From assembly GCF_009914755.1 (NCBI RefSeq), contig NC_060928.1: a stretch of 64,000 nt of DNA. The stretch is one strand, 5' to 3'. The notes beneath the pieces were generated by a model. The model saw only the letters and a list, made by a program, of their open reading frames with translations, did no database searches and was not told where the DNA came from. A program made the translations under genes and the position numbers. The DNA comes from the human T2T-CHM13v2.0 reference genome, Homo sapiens. Of the stretch, positions 15,683-35,508 are shown one piece after another. The first letter of the stretch is position 1; each line of letters begins with the position of its first letter.

Positions 15683-18600
15683 GTTCTTTAAACTTCTGGA
15701 AAGAAAACTATGAATTTCATATAAAGGATCAAGAATTTGGATGGTATGTTTCTCAATAACAATACTAGAAGCTGGAAGGTAGTGGAAAAATGTCTTTGAA
15801 GTTCTGAGAGAAAAGGATTTCCAATTTGGAATTCCATACCTAGCCAAAATATCTCTAAGAGTCGAGATAGATAAGACATGTTTTTCTTGGATTTGAAAGG
15901 TCCTTAAAATTTCCGTCTCAAGAACCTTTTCTCAGGAGTCTATTGCAAAATGTGTCCACCAAAACAAGGGAATAAAACAAAAAAGACAAGGCTTGGCATC
16001 CAGAAAACTGGGATCCTACAAAATGAAAAGTTCAAGGCTCTGCCACCCTGCAGAATGGTCTTGGAGACATTTCAGAATAAAGACAACGAGCAGATCTAGG
16101 GAGCTGTCAGTCCAGATTGCATCAGGTCAAAAGGAGGAACAATTTCAGGAAGACAAAATTGATAGCATGTATAATATATTTGAGATTTTTGAGAAAAGGC
16201 TTATACAATTGGGAGAGGGCTCTAGGCTGTACTAATTGTAAGTATATAAACAACTGAGTAACAAAAAAGACAATTTTGTTGAATAGGAAAACAAAGTAAT
16301 TGTAGTAAACATGATTCAGGCTTGAGTAGTTTTTACTTAGCCACAGTTATAAAAGTACTGAGTATTGATACAAGCAAAAGTATAGTATTTCAAGGCTAGC
16401 TGACTGCAAGTGTAGGTGCATGGTGGGTATAGGCCGTATGATTGAAAGAGAAATAAATCCTCACCTTCCAAAGGGAGAAGTCAATATTTACTGCCTAAAA
16501 CTGAAATATCAAGAAGTGGAAATACGAACACTTAGAGGTGAGGAAGTAAATACTAGAAGAGCTAATTTTAATATGATTGCCTCCAGCAAACAGGAAATGG
16601 CAGAAATTCCTGTTTTTGTAATTGCTGAATACAACTTTACATGTACATCCGTTAACTGTAATGAGAATAAAAATTATAACAAAATATTAAAACTTGAGGT
16701 AGAGTTGTAAGTCTTTATGCGCTAACGATTAAGTAGAGAAAATGCAAGATGTATAACAGTGTGAAAAAAGGGAGCCATTTATGTTAAAAAAAGAAATATT
16801 TATACCTTTTAGAAAGATGTACAAGAAAATAATCTACTGATGATGGTTGCCTCTGGGCAGCAAAATTGGAGGGTTTAAGATATGGAGATGAAACTTATTT
16901 TTTCCTATATAATTTTCTATACTGTTACAATCTTTACTTATAAACATTTTTCAATAAAATTAACAAATTTTAAATGATAAAATTTCTAATCCAAGAGAAA
17001 AAAGTCTACTTTTGTCATTTAAGTGGTGATCTTCTACAGTAAATAATCTTATGAATTTGGTCTTCATATTGAATTTGTTTTCTGGTTAAAAATATTAAGA
17101 CTTTGGAAGCAATGAAAATTAGAGTAGTATGTCATTGTAAAGAAGCACATATAATGTTACATGCATAATGTCACAAACATAATGTATTTCAATAACATAT
17201 TTAAATTGTCTATTAGAATTTCTTGCATGGTCATGGCTGAGAATTTCCTTTGTAAAACATTCCTTGAAAAGTCTCCTTAGCACTTAATATGGGAGGAACT
17301 TTTTGGGTAAGGGAGGTAATTTTGGGTCTGTGGAGGCAGAGGAAAAGATACGGAATTCAGAGAAAGCTGGTAGTAAGATGGCAAAGGGCCTCTCACCAAA
17401 TCATCAATAAAGACACAAAATTTATGGAATATTTGCTGGGAACACAATTTTTAGAGAGGGATGAAGAGGTTAGCCTTCTTGTCAATGTTATGGAAAGAAT
17501 AGCATCAGATCATGTTGGAATAGAATCTTGGAGGCAGAGAAAGGAAGCTCCAGGAACATAGAAAAAATATGTGGAATGCTTTGGTTGGTTGCAAGTAGAA
17601 CTATAGTTACAACCAAGGGCTGCCCAGGTTACTTCTAAATTGTACATAGAAACTATAGACATCCCGAAGCTTTAATTCTAATGTTGTTCTACCATTTGCC
17701 AAATGAATAACCCTGGAGTAAGTAATATAAACATTTAGAATCTCAACCTTCTCAACTCAGCTACCACACTACCAACACTATTTTAATCAAATATTTGTAA
17801 ACCTTTAACATTTTTAGTGTGAAGCAAATCTATGATATAGCAGTGCTCTTTACAAAATGCTTTATAATTTTCTCATTTCTCAAACTGTAGTTCTTCCACC
17901 TATTTCTTTTTTATATCTTAGGTAAGTGTAATAGTTTATTCTGTGTTTGTGGTAGGATACTTTGCAAATTATAGAAGGCAATAAAAATTCCTAGTGTCTG
18001 AGCATTTTATTATTTAGTTCCAGCTTAGTTTACAAGATCACCTCTGGCTTCAATGGTAAAAATTTGAATTTCCTCTGGAATCCTCTACTGAGTATAGTTA
18101 AGTTCACTGGCATTCTCCTTCTGGCTCACCAATTTCAGTCACTTTCTTGTTAGAGGCACTTCGGAGAAAATAAAGGATCTTAAAATCAATACTAGAACAT
18201 TCAAGAGGCACTATTTGAAATTCTGAAGTGATAAAAAAAATAAAATAAAATGACATTCAAGAGCAATATACAAATATGGTCAGCATATTTTTCTCCAAAA
18301 TAATTATAATTATTTAAAAATAAATTTAAAACTCAATCATAAATATAAAAGAACCAGTAAAGTAAAACATCCTTAACACTTTACCACCAAAATCATTTTA
18401 TAGAATTTAAAAACAATGATAAATTTTACTTCTTAGTGACTTTTCAATAACCAAAGTCAAAGTTAATCAAAAATGTTCAAACACACATTTGGTGCCTGTT
18501 GAGGAATTTTGAGAAAATAACAATAGTTGATTCAACTGTACAGATCCACAGGATTTGGCAGTCACAGAAAATACCTTGTAAATTGAACTTTTTGTTTAAG

Positions 18601-19707
18601 AAATAAAATAAGCATTCTTTAGCATGTAGAGTATCTTGAACTTCAGAACACAATCTACAAGGCTAACTTATTATAAAACAATCATTTTCACAGCTAATAT
18701 TTGTATTTCTATTTGATCATTTAATTGTTCATTTGTTTATTCATCAAACATTGAATACTTCACATTGGTACCCAAATTTGTGGATTTTGAGGTATAGAAA
18801 GGGAAATCAGAAGGAACAACTAGTAGGAAGAAGATACTGACCCATCCTGTGATCCTGTAGTACCATCCATTCTGTCCCTCCCAGATGCTCCACTGTATAG
18901 AACACACCCATATTGGAGGGCTGTCTCTTTAAAATTACCTCTTCTTATGTCTATGTGATACATATGAGCAGATACTTCTTATAAATCTAATCCGCTTTAA
19001 TTGGGTTTGCCAGGAGTGATTACAGACTTTTTCTTACATCTTTGCTTTCAGAAAGTAATTGGATAACTTCTTATGCTATATGGAAATGCAGTAGCTAACA
19101 AAATGGCAGACTTCCTATTTAATTAAATTTGTACATCTCCAACACAAACTTGACTATACAGATTTACAGTAATGAAATCCCTAAAGTTTTTAAATATAAG
19201 CTTTAACTGCCAATTCCAATTCCAAAAACAGGGATATAAAAGACAGTTTTGAGAATTAACCAATGCGATAAAAAGGGAGCCCCTTTCCTTAGCACAATTT
19301 CTCACTGTCTACTGTAGTTTCATTCTTTTGAGTCTGTCATTGCCTTTGTCTTTTCACTTCAAAGCCATATTCAGCTTCAGATCTCAAACACAATGCAGTG
19401 GGCTGGTGTCTGCTTACTAGAGCTGAAATGCCTTGTTTTGGAAGTGCCTTAACAGCTAACCTTATTGGTCTAGATTTACCACCTTGACCTACTTCATTCA
19501 TTTATTTTCATGAAAATGGAGACTTCTGATGCTTATTCACATGAAAGCACCCATTAGACCAGAGTTCAGATAAAAATAAGGACGTTTCTGATAAATTGCT
19601 TCATTCACATTAGCTCTTCTGGGCAATAGGTAGGAGGAAATAAAACACTTATATCTCTACAAGTAATTCATGAGGAGCACAGATGTTTTTACACTAAACC
19701 ATGTTAT

Positions 19708-20641
<934 letters not shown>

Positions 20642-20649
20642 CTTCCTGT

Positions 20650-21647
<998 letters not shown>

Positions 21648-24600
21648 TAGGTAGTTTGACAGTCCACGGATCGGGTTGGTGGATTGTCTCCCAGGCTGTT
21701 CCCAGGCTCTCAGTCCTGAGAAGAGGCCTTTCAGCTAATCAGTTGACAGTTGTGTCTCATTTCAGCAGCAGTGTTGCAGACTGGCTTCCACCGAAGTCAG
21801 GCCCCAAATAGTGTGAACAGTCATGTACGTAGCAAAGGGCATTTCTAGGGAAAGAAAAGAAAACAAACCTTTGGGTCTAGAGGGCAGCCAGTCAAGATTT
21901 TCAGATGTTAGACTTGAAGCATCTTCATATGGAGTGAGAGCAGACAGTGGCAATCTGGGATTTTTCCGGTTCGCAGTTTGCATCCGGTGAGCTTTCTAAG
22001 TGGCCCATATAGTAATAGGCAGAAAGTTTATTTCTACATAAAACTGCTGTGGTGATTTCTCCAAAGGCTATATCAGACCATCCAGTTTTAGTCTGCAGGG
22101 TTTCAGGAAAGTGCAGTTTTCATTTCAGTGATTCCAAGCTGGAAGGGTGGAGAAAAATTACAAATACTACTTTGGTGAGTCATAGTCAAATATTGCAGGA
22201 AACTAAAATAATTCAAGATCTGGTCCAGATTGTAGGTAGATAGTAAACCCTCAAAAACAATGAGGTAGAGTCTAATAACAGGTGCACTAGAGTTGTCTTC
22301 TGAAATATAATTTTTATTTCTCTAGTCCACCTATCAAAAAACATAAAAAATATGTTTCAAACAAAAAGTCATTAAAACAAGACTAATTTGTTCATAAGAA
22401 AAGTTTAGTCTTTAGTCTTTATGATTTTTTACATAAGTATAGCAAGAATAGTGATCAACCATATAGGCACTTTTTAAATTGGCTTTGTGGGGAACTTTTT
22501 CATAAGGAACCTCAGACTGGACTTTCTAAAAGCCTCTCAGGTCTCAGGAGCCAAGCCAAGGACGCACCTCAGGACTGTACTTACACAAACAACTGTTTTG
22601 CCTTAAAACTAGAATACTCGCAGTTGCCAAATTTTGGAGGGATCAGGTAGGGACAAAGGTAAATGTTTCAATTTTGCTCATAAAAATATACGTTAGCAAA
22701 TTGCTGCAAGCTATAGATAGCATAGAAGAGTTTCCTTAACAATGCAGATAAAAACATAAAAAATATGTTTCAAACAAAAAGTCACTAAAAAGTCATAATC
22801 CTTTGTGAGTTCAGTCCCATGTAATTAATTCTTGTTCTGCCAATGTAAGTTAGGATTTTCTTGAGTCCAGTTTTTCCATTCGAGTTATGGAAACTCAGTC
22901 CAATGGTATGAACTCAGAGTTAGAATTATTTTTGTTCTTTCCATATATTTCCTTGAAGACACAACATTTTAGGACTCTAATCACTTGCAAAGAGCTTTCA
23001 GAAAAAAACATCAAAATAAAGCAATTAACTGTGGACAGTAAGATGTAAAATGGCTATGGTTAAAGATATGATAGGAATTCACAATAATAATGATGCAACT
23101 GTCAAGAAAATTTGGTCCTCTCTGTGGCACACAACATTTTAACATTAGCGTTATGACTGATAACATATACTAAAACATAATTTCTAGGATTTCTAGGAAT
23201 CTCTTACAATTTTGGAACACATATGTCAATAACATATTCACACAAATATAACCTCAAAGAAGGTTAAACATCATTTCTTATTTGACAATGTTTGTCATAT
23301 AATTTAACATATCAAGTAAGTCTAATTTAATGTCTTTCTTGGATTTCCAGGGGCCCTCCTATAATGTCTAAAAGTTACTTTGAGGTCAAAAAGACTTAAT
23401 TTTGATTTGGGGAAAGTTGCCAAAATAAAGGTTGCCATCACAGATCATTATGAGAAAAATAACCACTTATTTAAACAAAAGATCTAATAAACACAGTGTG
23501 ATGCACATGGAATATTTTTTCTTTCTCTTCTTTTTTCTTTTGTAGTTTATTCAAAAGGGAAACAAAAATCCTTTATTATCTCTTCTCTTATAATACATTT
23601 ATTTATTCTTAGTTTAACCACATAAGCTCCTCTGTTATATTTTCAACTATTTTATCTAATTAATATAATATACAACATTAAAAAACTATTCTGAAATGAT
23701 CTTTAAACGTACTCTAAACTAGATAAAATTACTTTTCTAAACAAAACACATATTTTTCATTTTTTGTAACTTTTTTCATCAGAAATACCTCTTGTTTTGC
23801 TTGTATATTTTGCGTATAAAATTGGTCTTCTTATTTTTGGTAGTTTTCATTAAATGTATTAATTGTAATTTTAACTCTTAGTAGCCTTAATTTTTACTGA
23901 AAACCTAGAAGTAAGCAATTTTGACTGTTTGCACTAGTAATTTATAAATACACATTTTAAAATTATTAGAAACATTAGTTTTTTAGAATCTTCGTATGTT
24001 TATTAACAAATCCAAATACATTTTGCTTTTTAAAATAACCTATAAAAACAAAATGCCAAAGTATATAAACTGGAACTTATGCTTATTAATTAATCTTTCA
24101 GTACCTTAACTTATTTAGAAATGACTCAGACGTTTCATGATGATCTATTATTTAACTTAATATAACACAACTTTCAGATTTTAAATTATTTTTAAAAATC
24201 TTTGAACCTAGGACAAGTTTATTTAGAAATGTTTATTCCATTTACCTAATTTACTCATTCTTAACAATTATATTTGAATTGCTCACGGAAAACAAAGCTA
24301 ACCATAGAAGTTATTTTTGAAAAAGCAAGACCAAGCTAGCCCTGCAACAGCCAGCTTTGTTTCCATCGAGGCCTCTGTGACACTGGCCACAGGATGGGCC
24401 TATACTCGGCTAGACCCTGCCCTGCAGCTGCCAGCCCAGGTGCTGGGATACACATGCACGCTCAGGCTTTACCATGGCCACCAGTCCAGATCCCAGAATT
24501 CAGAAGCTCAAAACTGAAGACATAAGCTTGCAGCAGCATGTGTATAAGGTTTCAGGGGAGCCAGCACCCAGCCCACACAGTTCAGTCCACAGACAAACCA

Positions 24601-24746
24601 AGCAAATATCAAAAATAGTACGGAAGCGGAGAATAAAAGTTAAAAGTTAAACATGGTTCCCCCCACCCTCCTTTAAATACCTAGGTGATAACAGTCTTGT
24701 TTGACTAGTAGCTCTAGGTATTAAAAATATATATATATGTTTGTAC

Positions 24747-25717
24747 TGAAGCAGGATATTTCCCTGACCCCTTCACAGGCCCCACAAAGGGGATGCCCTG
24801 TTTACTCAGCCCACAGCTCTCAGCTGCTCACAGGAGGGATTGCACAAGTGAATGTGGTGGGAACTGGAGTACAGAAGCACTGGAGTCACCCAGCTGCTCC
24901 AGCACCTGCAGGAGTGAACTCCATTCACTTGGACCCACTGCATTTCCACCCTTGCAGGAGGGGGTGCACAGGTGAATGGGTGCAGGAGCTGGCGTGAGTG
25001 CTTTTGGGTGCCAGCAGGAGCCAACTCTGTGCTGGCCCCACGGCAGTGTCTAGGGAGGTGCCCGCAACCCCTGAAGCCCCAGAGGGAGTGTTACAGTGCT
25101 CCTTTAGTTCTGCTGTCCGTGGATGGCTTAAGTGTTAACAGCTCAGTGGACCCCATGCCTTTTCGCATGAGGTGGCTGCCTTCCACCAGTGAGGGTGAAG
25201 GGCCAGTGTGACAGCCTTTCGCATCTGCACTTGTAGTTCCCGAGTTCTTGTCTGGTGTCCAGGACATGAGGTTGCAGGAACAAATTGAAGGATGGTAAAT
25301 GTGGGGGATTTTACTGCTGATAGAGGTGGCTCTCAGTGGGAAGGGGAGCTGAAAAGGGGACGGGGTGGGAAGGTAATCTTCCCTCAAAGTTCAACTGTCT
25401 CTGGCCAGATTCTTCTCTGAACTTACACCATCAAGCTGTTCCTCTGAAGTCAAGCCACTTCTCTCCAATGTCCAACTGTAGTCTCCAACGTCTAGCTGCT
25501 TCTTCTCTCTGCCGGCTGAGTTCTGGGGTTTTTATGGGCACACGACACGGGGTGGGGCGAGCCATGGGTGGTTTTGGAAAAGGAACATTTGAGCAGGAAA
25601 ACAGGGATGGAAGTTCTCACTTTGGGCTGTGGTTCTAGGCTTTTTGGTTTGAGGGTGGGGCCCTCACCAGGACCTGCCCTCTTCTGCCTAGAATTTCCCT
25701 GCCTTCTGTCCCTATCA
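24747..25717 (-). mobile_element. Solo LTR, LTR1/LTR27/LTR28 family (ERV1)
   Basis: Minus strand starts TGATAGGGACAGAAGGCAGGGAAATTCTAGGCAGAAGAGGGCAGG; TG...CA ends; perfect 4-bp TSD GTAC (24743-46 / 25718-21). Confidence 0.85.
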
Positions 25718-25915
25718 GTACTATAACCAATGCTGATAATTCTGAAGATATTCCTGTTTTTATTTTACCAACAAGTTTAAAACTAACTTTATTTACCAAT
25801 AACGATTTTTATTAACTGTATAGAAACTCAGATCACATGAACTATCTAGCACTTGATACTATTATATGAAGTATTTGAGTTAGTTTTAATTTTATCTTTG
25901 AAAAAGAGCTTTAGG

Positions 25916-26250
<335 letters not shown>

Positions 26251-27386
26251 TCAATTTTATGGAGGCTACAGACTGGGTTTTAGGTGTGAATGTTTTTAAA
26301 GCTCATCTGAGTGGACTAAATATCCATTTTTGCTACAACTGGGTTTGTTGCATTTTTCTCTAATTTGGTCTTGAAGTTTCTCTCTGAAAAGTAGCTGTAA
26401 TCCCTACCCCTGGCCAGACAGGTTTATCAAGGTAGCCACTCTCTAGGAGATCCCTGATGAGGAGAAGAATTAGGTTCAGGTGCTTCAGTTAGAAGAGCCA
26501 TGGAGAAGGATTCAAAAACAGATATCCAGGCTGCATAAAATTACAGGAATTCACTACAGTATTTTACAAGGAAATACCCAGATGAGCTTAGGAAGAAGTT
26601 CAGAAATCTGTTCAAAATAATCAGTTGAATGCCTGAAACTCGTACTTTGGAAAACAATCTAGTTAAATAGGTAGCTTTTCAACATATCTTCTTTTTTTTA
26701 ACTGGATGACCCAGCTCTGGGTGGAGAGCCCATTGAGGAATAGGGCCAACAAAGTACTTGCAGCTTCTGGGGTTTAAAATTTATGCATGTAAAAGCAGGT
26801 GTAGCTGGAAGGCGGAGTACTCAGATCTTTAGAAATTAAGGATTCCTTTTTTACACTGAATCATGTGTCTTCCAGACCCAAGAAAAAGTCCGAGAGGGCA
26901 ACGCCATGGGGCTGAGCTGCTCAATGCCCTCCCAGTGCATCCTGCTGCAAGGATGCCCCCCAGGATGCTGCCTCACCTAACCAGCCGCTCCAGGAGTGGC
27001 CCCCAGCCCCCACCCCATGGAGCTTCGACTTCCTGGTGACCAGTGCTCCAGTAACCTCTAAGTGCTTGAACCACGCCTGTCAGCCAGTTATGGCTTTGGC
27101 TCTGAGAGCCCCCCTGACCAACTTAACCAATGCTTTTTTTCTGTAAGAAATTGCCACTTACTGTTGGTTTCTGTCCGACCCGGTGAGATACTTGAGGCTT
27201 CCCCTACCTGTGCACACAACGAAATGAAGACAATAAAAAGCCAGAGTTTGCTCTTTCTAGTAATAACCACTTATTGCAACTGCTATTTCCTTAAAAATGT
27301 CATCTCTTGCCAGTGTTCGTTACTTTGCACTCAAAGGCCAAGTATCCTCTCACGGTGACCCTTGGTGTGCCTAAAAGCCAAAGAGA

Positions 27387-27691
27387 GCTAGGCGCGGTGG
27401 CTCACACCTGTAATCCTAGCACTTTGGGAGGCCGAGGCAGACGGATCACTTGAGGTCAGGGGTTCGAGACCAGTCTGGCCAACATGGTGAAACCCCATCT
27501 CTACTAAAAATACAAAAATCAGTTGGGTGTGGTGGCACGCACCTGTAATCCCAGCTACTCGGGAGGCTGAGGCAGGAGAATTGCATGAACCCAGGAGGCG
27601 GAGGTTGTAATGGGCTGAGATCATGTCACTGCACTCCAGCCTGGGTGACAGAGCAAGACTCCGTCTCAAAAAATAAAAATAAAATAAAAAA
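27387..27691 (+). mobile_element. AluS
   Basis: Full dimer; TSD AAAGCCAAAGAGA. Confidence 0.95.
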
Positions 27692-28168
27692 TGAAAGCCA
27701 AAGAGATCAGGGAGCTTAATTGGAAAGAGAGTAGAGCTTCAGCCCTGAGAGAAACCCACCCATGACTCCTGGGGCTCCATCAGGAAGAGGGGGATCCCCA
27801 TTGTTCCTTCAAGGGTCTCAGGGTTGTTGCACGTCTCCTTTATATCCCTGTATGCAGTACCCAAAACTGTTTCCCTTAGTAATTTTTTATCCATTGACCA
27901 CCAAATGGAGGAGGTAAGATTACTGGGAACTAGCTGGAAGAGCAAATGTGGCGAAAGGAGCAGACGCAAATGGAAAGATCAGGTCTTAGAGGAGCCGACT
28001 TAGGGAGATTTTAAGTCTTCTAAAGAGGAGCTTATCATTAGCAGAGGCTTGAGAAAAATAGGGGCTTTCAGCTACTGAAAAAATTCTCATAAGAGAAACA
28101 GAATTCAAAAGAGAAAAAGCAGAAAAGCTTTAAAAAAAATTATAGCCTGAATATAGGCTTTTAATTCA

Positions 28169-28318
<150 letters not shown>

Positions 28319-28347
28319 TTAGCCATTTTGATCATAGAGCTGTTTAA

Positions 28348-28654
<307 letters not shown>

Positions 28655-28750
28655 TTTGATTGCTATTTTTCTGTCAGTTGTCCCAGGACCTCATCTGGAG
28701 GCTCCAGAGCAAGTCAGGTGTCTTGGTCACCCTATTTGGGTCACCAGAAC

Positions 28751-29729
28751 TACAGGGGTGGAAAGAGGGTGATCCCTTTTCTCCCCATCATAAGCATCAT
28801 GACCAACCCTCCTATAACAAACAACAGGCTAACAAGAGACAAGCATAACAAATTTGTCTGATCATTGTTTTACGTGGCATGGGGGCCTTGGGAATGGAGA
28901 CCCTAAGGTACAGGAGAGACTATCTGATCTCATGCTAAGGTTTGATAAAGCAGGGACGGCCGTGTAGAAATGGGAATGGACAAAAAGGGAATGTTCTAGT
29001 AGTACCGGGGCTGAGTGTGGAAACCCAGCAAGGCCTGTTCGGACTCTTCTTGGCCTCTCTGTGCAGCTTCCTTCCTCCTGGGTGTGGGGTAGGGTCCCCC
29101 TGGAATGGGGATCTTACGACCCACAATTAAACAACGTGGGTCAGAGAAGTTCTTTACGGCAGCTCTCACACAGAAAGGCAGGGGAGGCTGAAAGTAGTGA
29201 TTTTAGGCTTTATTGTTGGCTTTGGGGAAGTGGGAGTCTGGTTTCTTTTATTTATTTATATTATTATTATTATTATTATCATCATTTGAGACAGAGTCTC
29301 GCCCTGTCACCCTGGCTGGAGTGCAATGGCGTGATCTCCTCACTGCAACCTCCGCCTCCCAGGTTCAAATGATTCTCCTGCCCCAGCCTCCCAAGCAGCT
29401 GAGATTACAGGCGGGCACCACCATGTCCAGCTAATTTTTTGTATCTTTTAGTAGAGATGGGGTTTCACCATGCTTGCCAGGCTGGTCACGAACTCCTGAC
29501 CTCATAATCCTCCCGCTTCGGCCTTCCAGAGTACTGGGATTACAGACATGAGCCACTGTGCCTGGCCAGGAGTCTGGTTTCTATGACCCACCTGGAAGTA
29601 GAGAGCTTCTCATTTCTATGGCTTGCCTTGTGGGAGAATGAGGGCCAAGGGACAAGAGGCCAGAAGAAAGAGAGAGACTTGGCTTGAGGCTGCTTCTGCA
29701 GCCTTCACTTTGTTTTCTGAGCCCCAGCA
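28751..29729 (-). mobile_element. 5' LTR of MER39-like ERV1 provirus (Alu-interrupted)
   Basis: Colinear homology to 20650-21305 (AACAAGAGA.AAGC..AACAAAT; GAATG.AGACCC.AAGGTAC; GAGGCTGCTTCTGC..CTTCACTTTG); ends CCCCAGCA. Confidence 0.8.
29245..29567 (-). mobile_element. AluS in LTR
   Basis: (TTA)n tail; TSD GGAGTCTGGTTTCT. Confidence 0.93.
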
Positions 29730-30204
29730 CTGCTGTCTCCATCACCTTCAGACACACTTAAATCGTAGCTACCTCTTGTGAATACTTGGCCTCAAGTGAA
29801 AGAAAGGAAGATGGAGAAACAAAGGAAGAAACTGAACAGAATGCATTTTATTCGAAGCACCTTCCTTCTACCTCCTTTTATTTTGGCTAAGGATAAAAGG
29901 GTAGATTAAAGTGAGATTTGCAAGTAGCTTAAGGAAGGCAAAGTCAAGGATTGAGAGCCAAGAAAGAATTAAGGACAATTCAGTAGGATGTACATTCCAG
30001 AAGAAAGCTGGTTAAGACCAAAACCCAACCAATCTCTGATGTAAACAATGGAGCTGATGATTAAGTTTAAAACTAAAGGCCAGCAAATTTTGAAATTTGA
30101 AAAGCAATACAGTTATTTAATTCAATGATACTCTATTGATTGTAAATTCATTTTAATCTTTAAACCATCCTTCTGATTATATGAACAAATGCAGCAAAAT
30201 TTAA

Positions 30205-30537
<333 letters not shown>

Positions 30538-30708
30538 AAAACTCTTTCTTTCTTTATTGTTGAGTTTTTGGAAAAGAAGAGAGACATGAATGATACAAAA
30601 GGGACATAATAGAAAAGGAAAATGATCAATAATTAGAGAAAACTCTTATCCTTTCTTTGGCTGGTTTTCAAACCCTTCATTGGAGCCCTGCAAGTTCTAA
30701 GGAATCTA

Positions 30709-31424
<716 letters not shown>

Positions 31425-31735
31425 ACCTACTATAAATGGAAAATTAGAATGTCAATTTCAAAGACCGATAGAAATAATAATATGTAATTCTTATAATTCA
31501 ATTAATCTAAAAGAAGGCAGGAAAAATGAGACCAAGGAGAGATGGGAGTTATGGAATAAGTAGAAAACAATTGTTAGCAAACCCAACTATATCAACAATT
31601 ACATTGGGTAAAAAGGTACTAAATACTCTTAATTAAATGTTAGAAATTGTCAGATAGAAAAGTAAGATGAATTCAATAGGATAATACTTTAACTATAAAG
31701 ACACAAATAGGTTGAAAGTAAAAGAATGGAAAAGA

Positions 31736-32098
<363 letters not shown>

Positions 32099-32782
32099 TT
32101 ATCAAAGTAGGCTTTCTGACAAGAGGTATTTGAAAAAAGATACACTTATAACCACATGTTGACAAGGGTCAATTCATTACATAAACATCCTAGATTTATT
32201 TGCAATGAGGAGTAGAACTTCAAAATACAGTAACAAAAATTGGCAGAGCTAAATGGAAAATTAGAAAACTTTACAATCATAGTGGGAAATTTTTACAGCC
32301 ATATATTAAAAATTCACAGAAGTAAACCAAAAAAGTTAGCAACATAGAGAAGAATTCAGCAACTTTATCAACCCCTCGACCTAATTGATATTTATAGACT
32401 ATTACAACAAATTGCTGCAAATATATATTAATTTCAAATGTACAAGTAACATTGACTAAGATTGACAAATGCTGAGTCATAAAATAAGTTTCAATACATT
32501 TTGAAAGACTAAAATTATATAGAGTATTTTTAAACCACAAGAGAATTAAGTTAAAATCAATAGTAAAATTATAACTAGAAAAATTCTTAAATACTTGAAA
32601 ATTAAACTACATGCTTCTACATAACCCACGGGTGAAAAGAAAAAAAATCCCAAGGGAAATTAGAAAATATTTTGAACTAAATTGTAATTAAAACAAAGCA
32701 TATCAAAATGTGTGAGATGCAGCAAAAACAGTGCTAAGAGGGAAATGTGTAGCATTAAAGTTTACATTAAGAAAAAGATCAG

Positions 32783-33080
32783 GGCCAGGCGTGATGGCGC
32801 ACACCTGTAATCCCAGCACTTTGGGAGGCTGAGGCAGGTGGATCATGAAGTCAGGAGATTGAGACTATCCTGGCCAACATGGTGAAATCCCATCTCTATG
32901 AAAAATACAAAAAAAAAAAATTAGCTGAGTGTGGTGGCGGGCACCTGTAGTCCCAGCAACCCAGGAGGCTCAGGCAGGAGAATCGCTTGAACCAGGGGAG
33001 TGGAGGTTGCAGTGAGTCAAGATCGCACCACTGCACACCAGCCTGGGTGACAGAGCAAAATTCTGTCTCAAAAACAGAAA
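32783..33080 (+). mobile_element. AluSc-like
   Basis: GAGATTGAGACTATCCTGGCCAAC; TSD AAGAAAAAGATCAG. Confidence 0.93.
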
Positions 33081-33953
33081 GAAAAAGATCAGTGAACTAA
33101 GCTATCAAGATAAAACAAGCTAGACAAGAAAAAAATATTAAGCCCAATAAAAGTAAAAGGAAGGAAATAATATAAAATCATAAGTCAATACTATAAAACA
33201 GATTAAAAAAGCAAAAATCAACCAAGTTGAACTTTGTTATTTAAAAAGATTAATAAAAGTGATGCACTTCTAGCAAGACTAGCTGAGAAACAAATTGCCA
33301 CTATAGGAATGGAAGAGGAGATATAACTATAGATTCTTCAGACATTAAATGATATTAAAGCATATTAGAACAAGTTTACATCAATAAATTCAATGAATTC
33401 AATTATTTTTTCCTGAAATTTATACAAGAAAACAGAAATTCTGAATAGCACTGTATTCGTTAAAGAAACCAAAATATCCCAAAAGAAATGTCAAGCCTAA
33501 ATATCTTCACTAGTCCATTCTATAAAACATTTAAGGAAGAAAAATATCAAAATTCAACAAACTATTTTATAAATAAAATAAGAGGAAGCACAAACTACCT
33601 TAATGAGACCAACATAATCCTGAGACCAAAACATCAAGGATGGTATAACAAAAAAATTACAGATAACTATTTCTGAGAACACAGATATAAAAATCCTCAA
33701 TATCATGTTAGCAAATAAAATCCAGTAATATTTAACAATAATAGTACATCAGGCCAAGTAGGGTTTATACCAGGATTTAATATTTCAAAATTAATTTATA
33801 TAATTTACCACATTAATAGAATAAATAAATCATATGATCATCTCAATATACAGATAAGGCATTTGACAAAATTTACCCCTTAATCCGGATTAAAAACAAC
33901 AATAAACTAGGAATAGAAGAGAATTTCTTAAATTTAGAAAAGGACACCTATGA

Positions 33954-34281
<328 letters not shown>

Positions 34282-34614
34282 TGAAAAACTTACCTCTAAC
34301 ATAATATTTTATAAGATATTGAATGCTCTATCTTTACCACCCCCTCAACATCAGAAACAAGGCAAGGATACTTTAACAACTTCGATTTAACATGTTCTAG
34401 GATCCTAAACAGTGCAGCAAGGAAAAAAAGAAACAAAAAATAAAGAGAAAGAAGAAAGCAAGGAAAAGTCATAAAGACTGAAAAACAAGAAAGGTGCAAC
34501 ATTGTCTATGTGAAGACTCTCCATGGTTTGGATACGTAGAAAGTCTAGTGTGTTCTACAAGCTACTAGAAGCAGTAAGTGAACTTAGCAAGGTCATAGCA
34601 GTCTGCAAGTGTCA

Positions 34615-34974
<360 letters not shown>

Positions 34975-35508
34975 CTACAACAACACCTTAAAACATCTAT
35001 TACATAGAAATAAATTCAATGAAAGATGTGCAAAACCTCTATACTAAACACTACGAAACATTGCTAAGAGAAATTAGACATCTAAATAAATGGAGAGATG
35101 TACGATGTTTATGATTTGGAGCTCTAAATATTGTGAAAATATTCATTATTCCCAACATTATCTACATCTTTGAGGCAATTACAACAAAAACCCCAACAGA
35201 TTTTTGTAAAATTTGACAAACTAATTCTAAAATTTATATGGAAATTAGAAGAACTGGTATAGACAAGATGATTTTTAAAAAGAGAAAATTGAAAAAAATA
35301 ATAGTGTTTTATTTCAAGACTTACTACAATGCTACAAAATTAAGATAGTGCAGTGTTGTGATAAAGATAAACAAATTTTTCAATGGACAAGAATAAAAGG
35401 TCCAGAAATATACACATACATGTACAGTCAATTCCAACACCAGCCCCACTGCAACTCAATGGGGAAGTAAAATTCTTTGAATAACTATTGCTGGAACAAC
35501 TGGAAAAA

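Noticed and set aside
24737-25638. Cluster of GC-rich ORFs
   Set aside because: All lie within the TSD-flanked solo LTR
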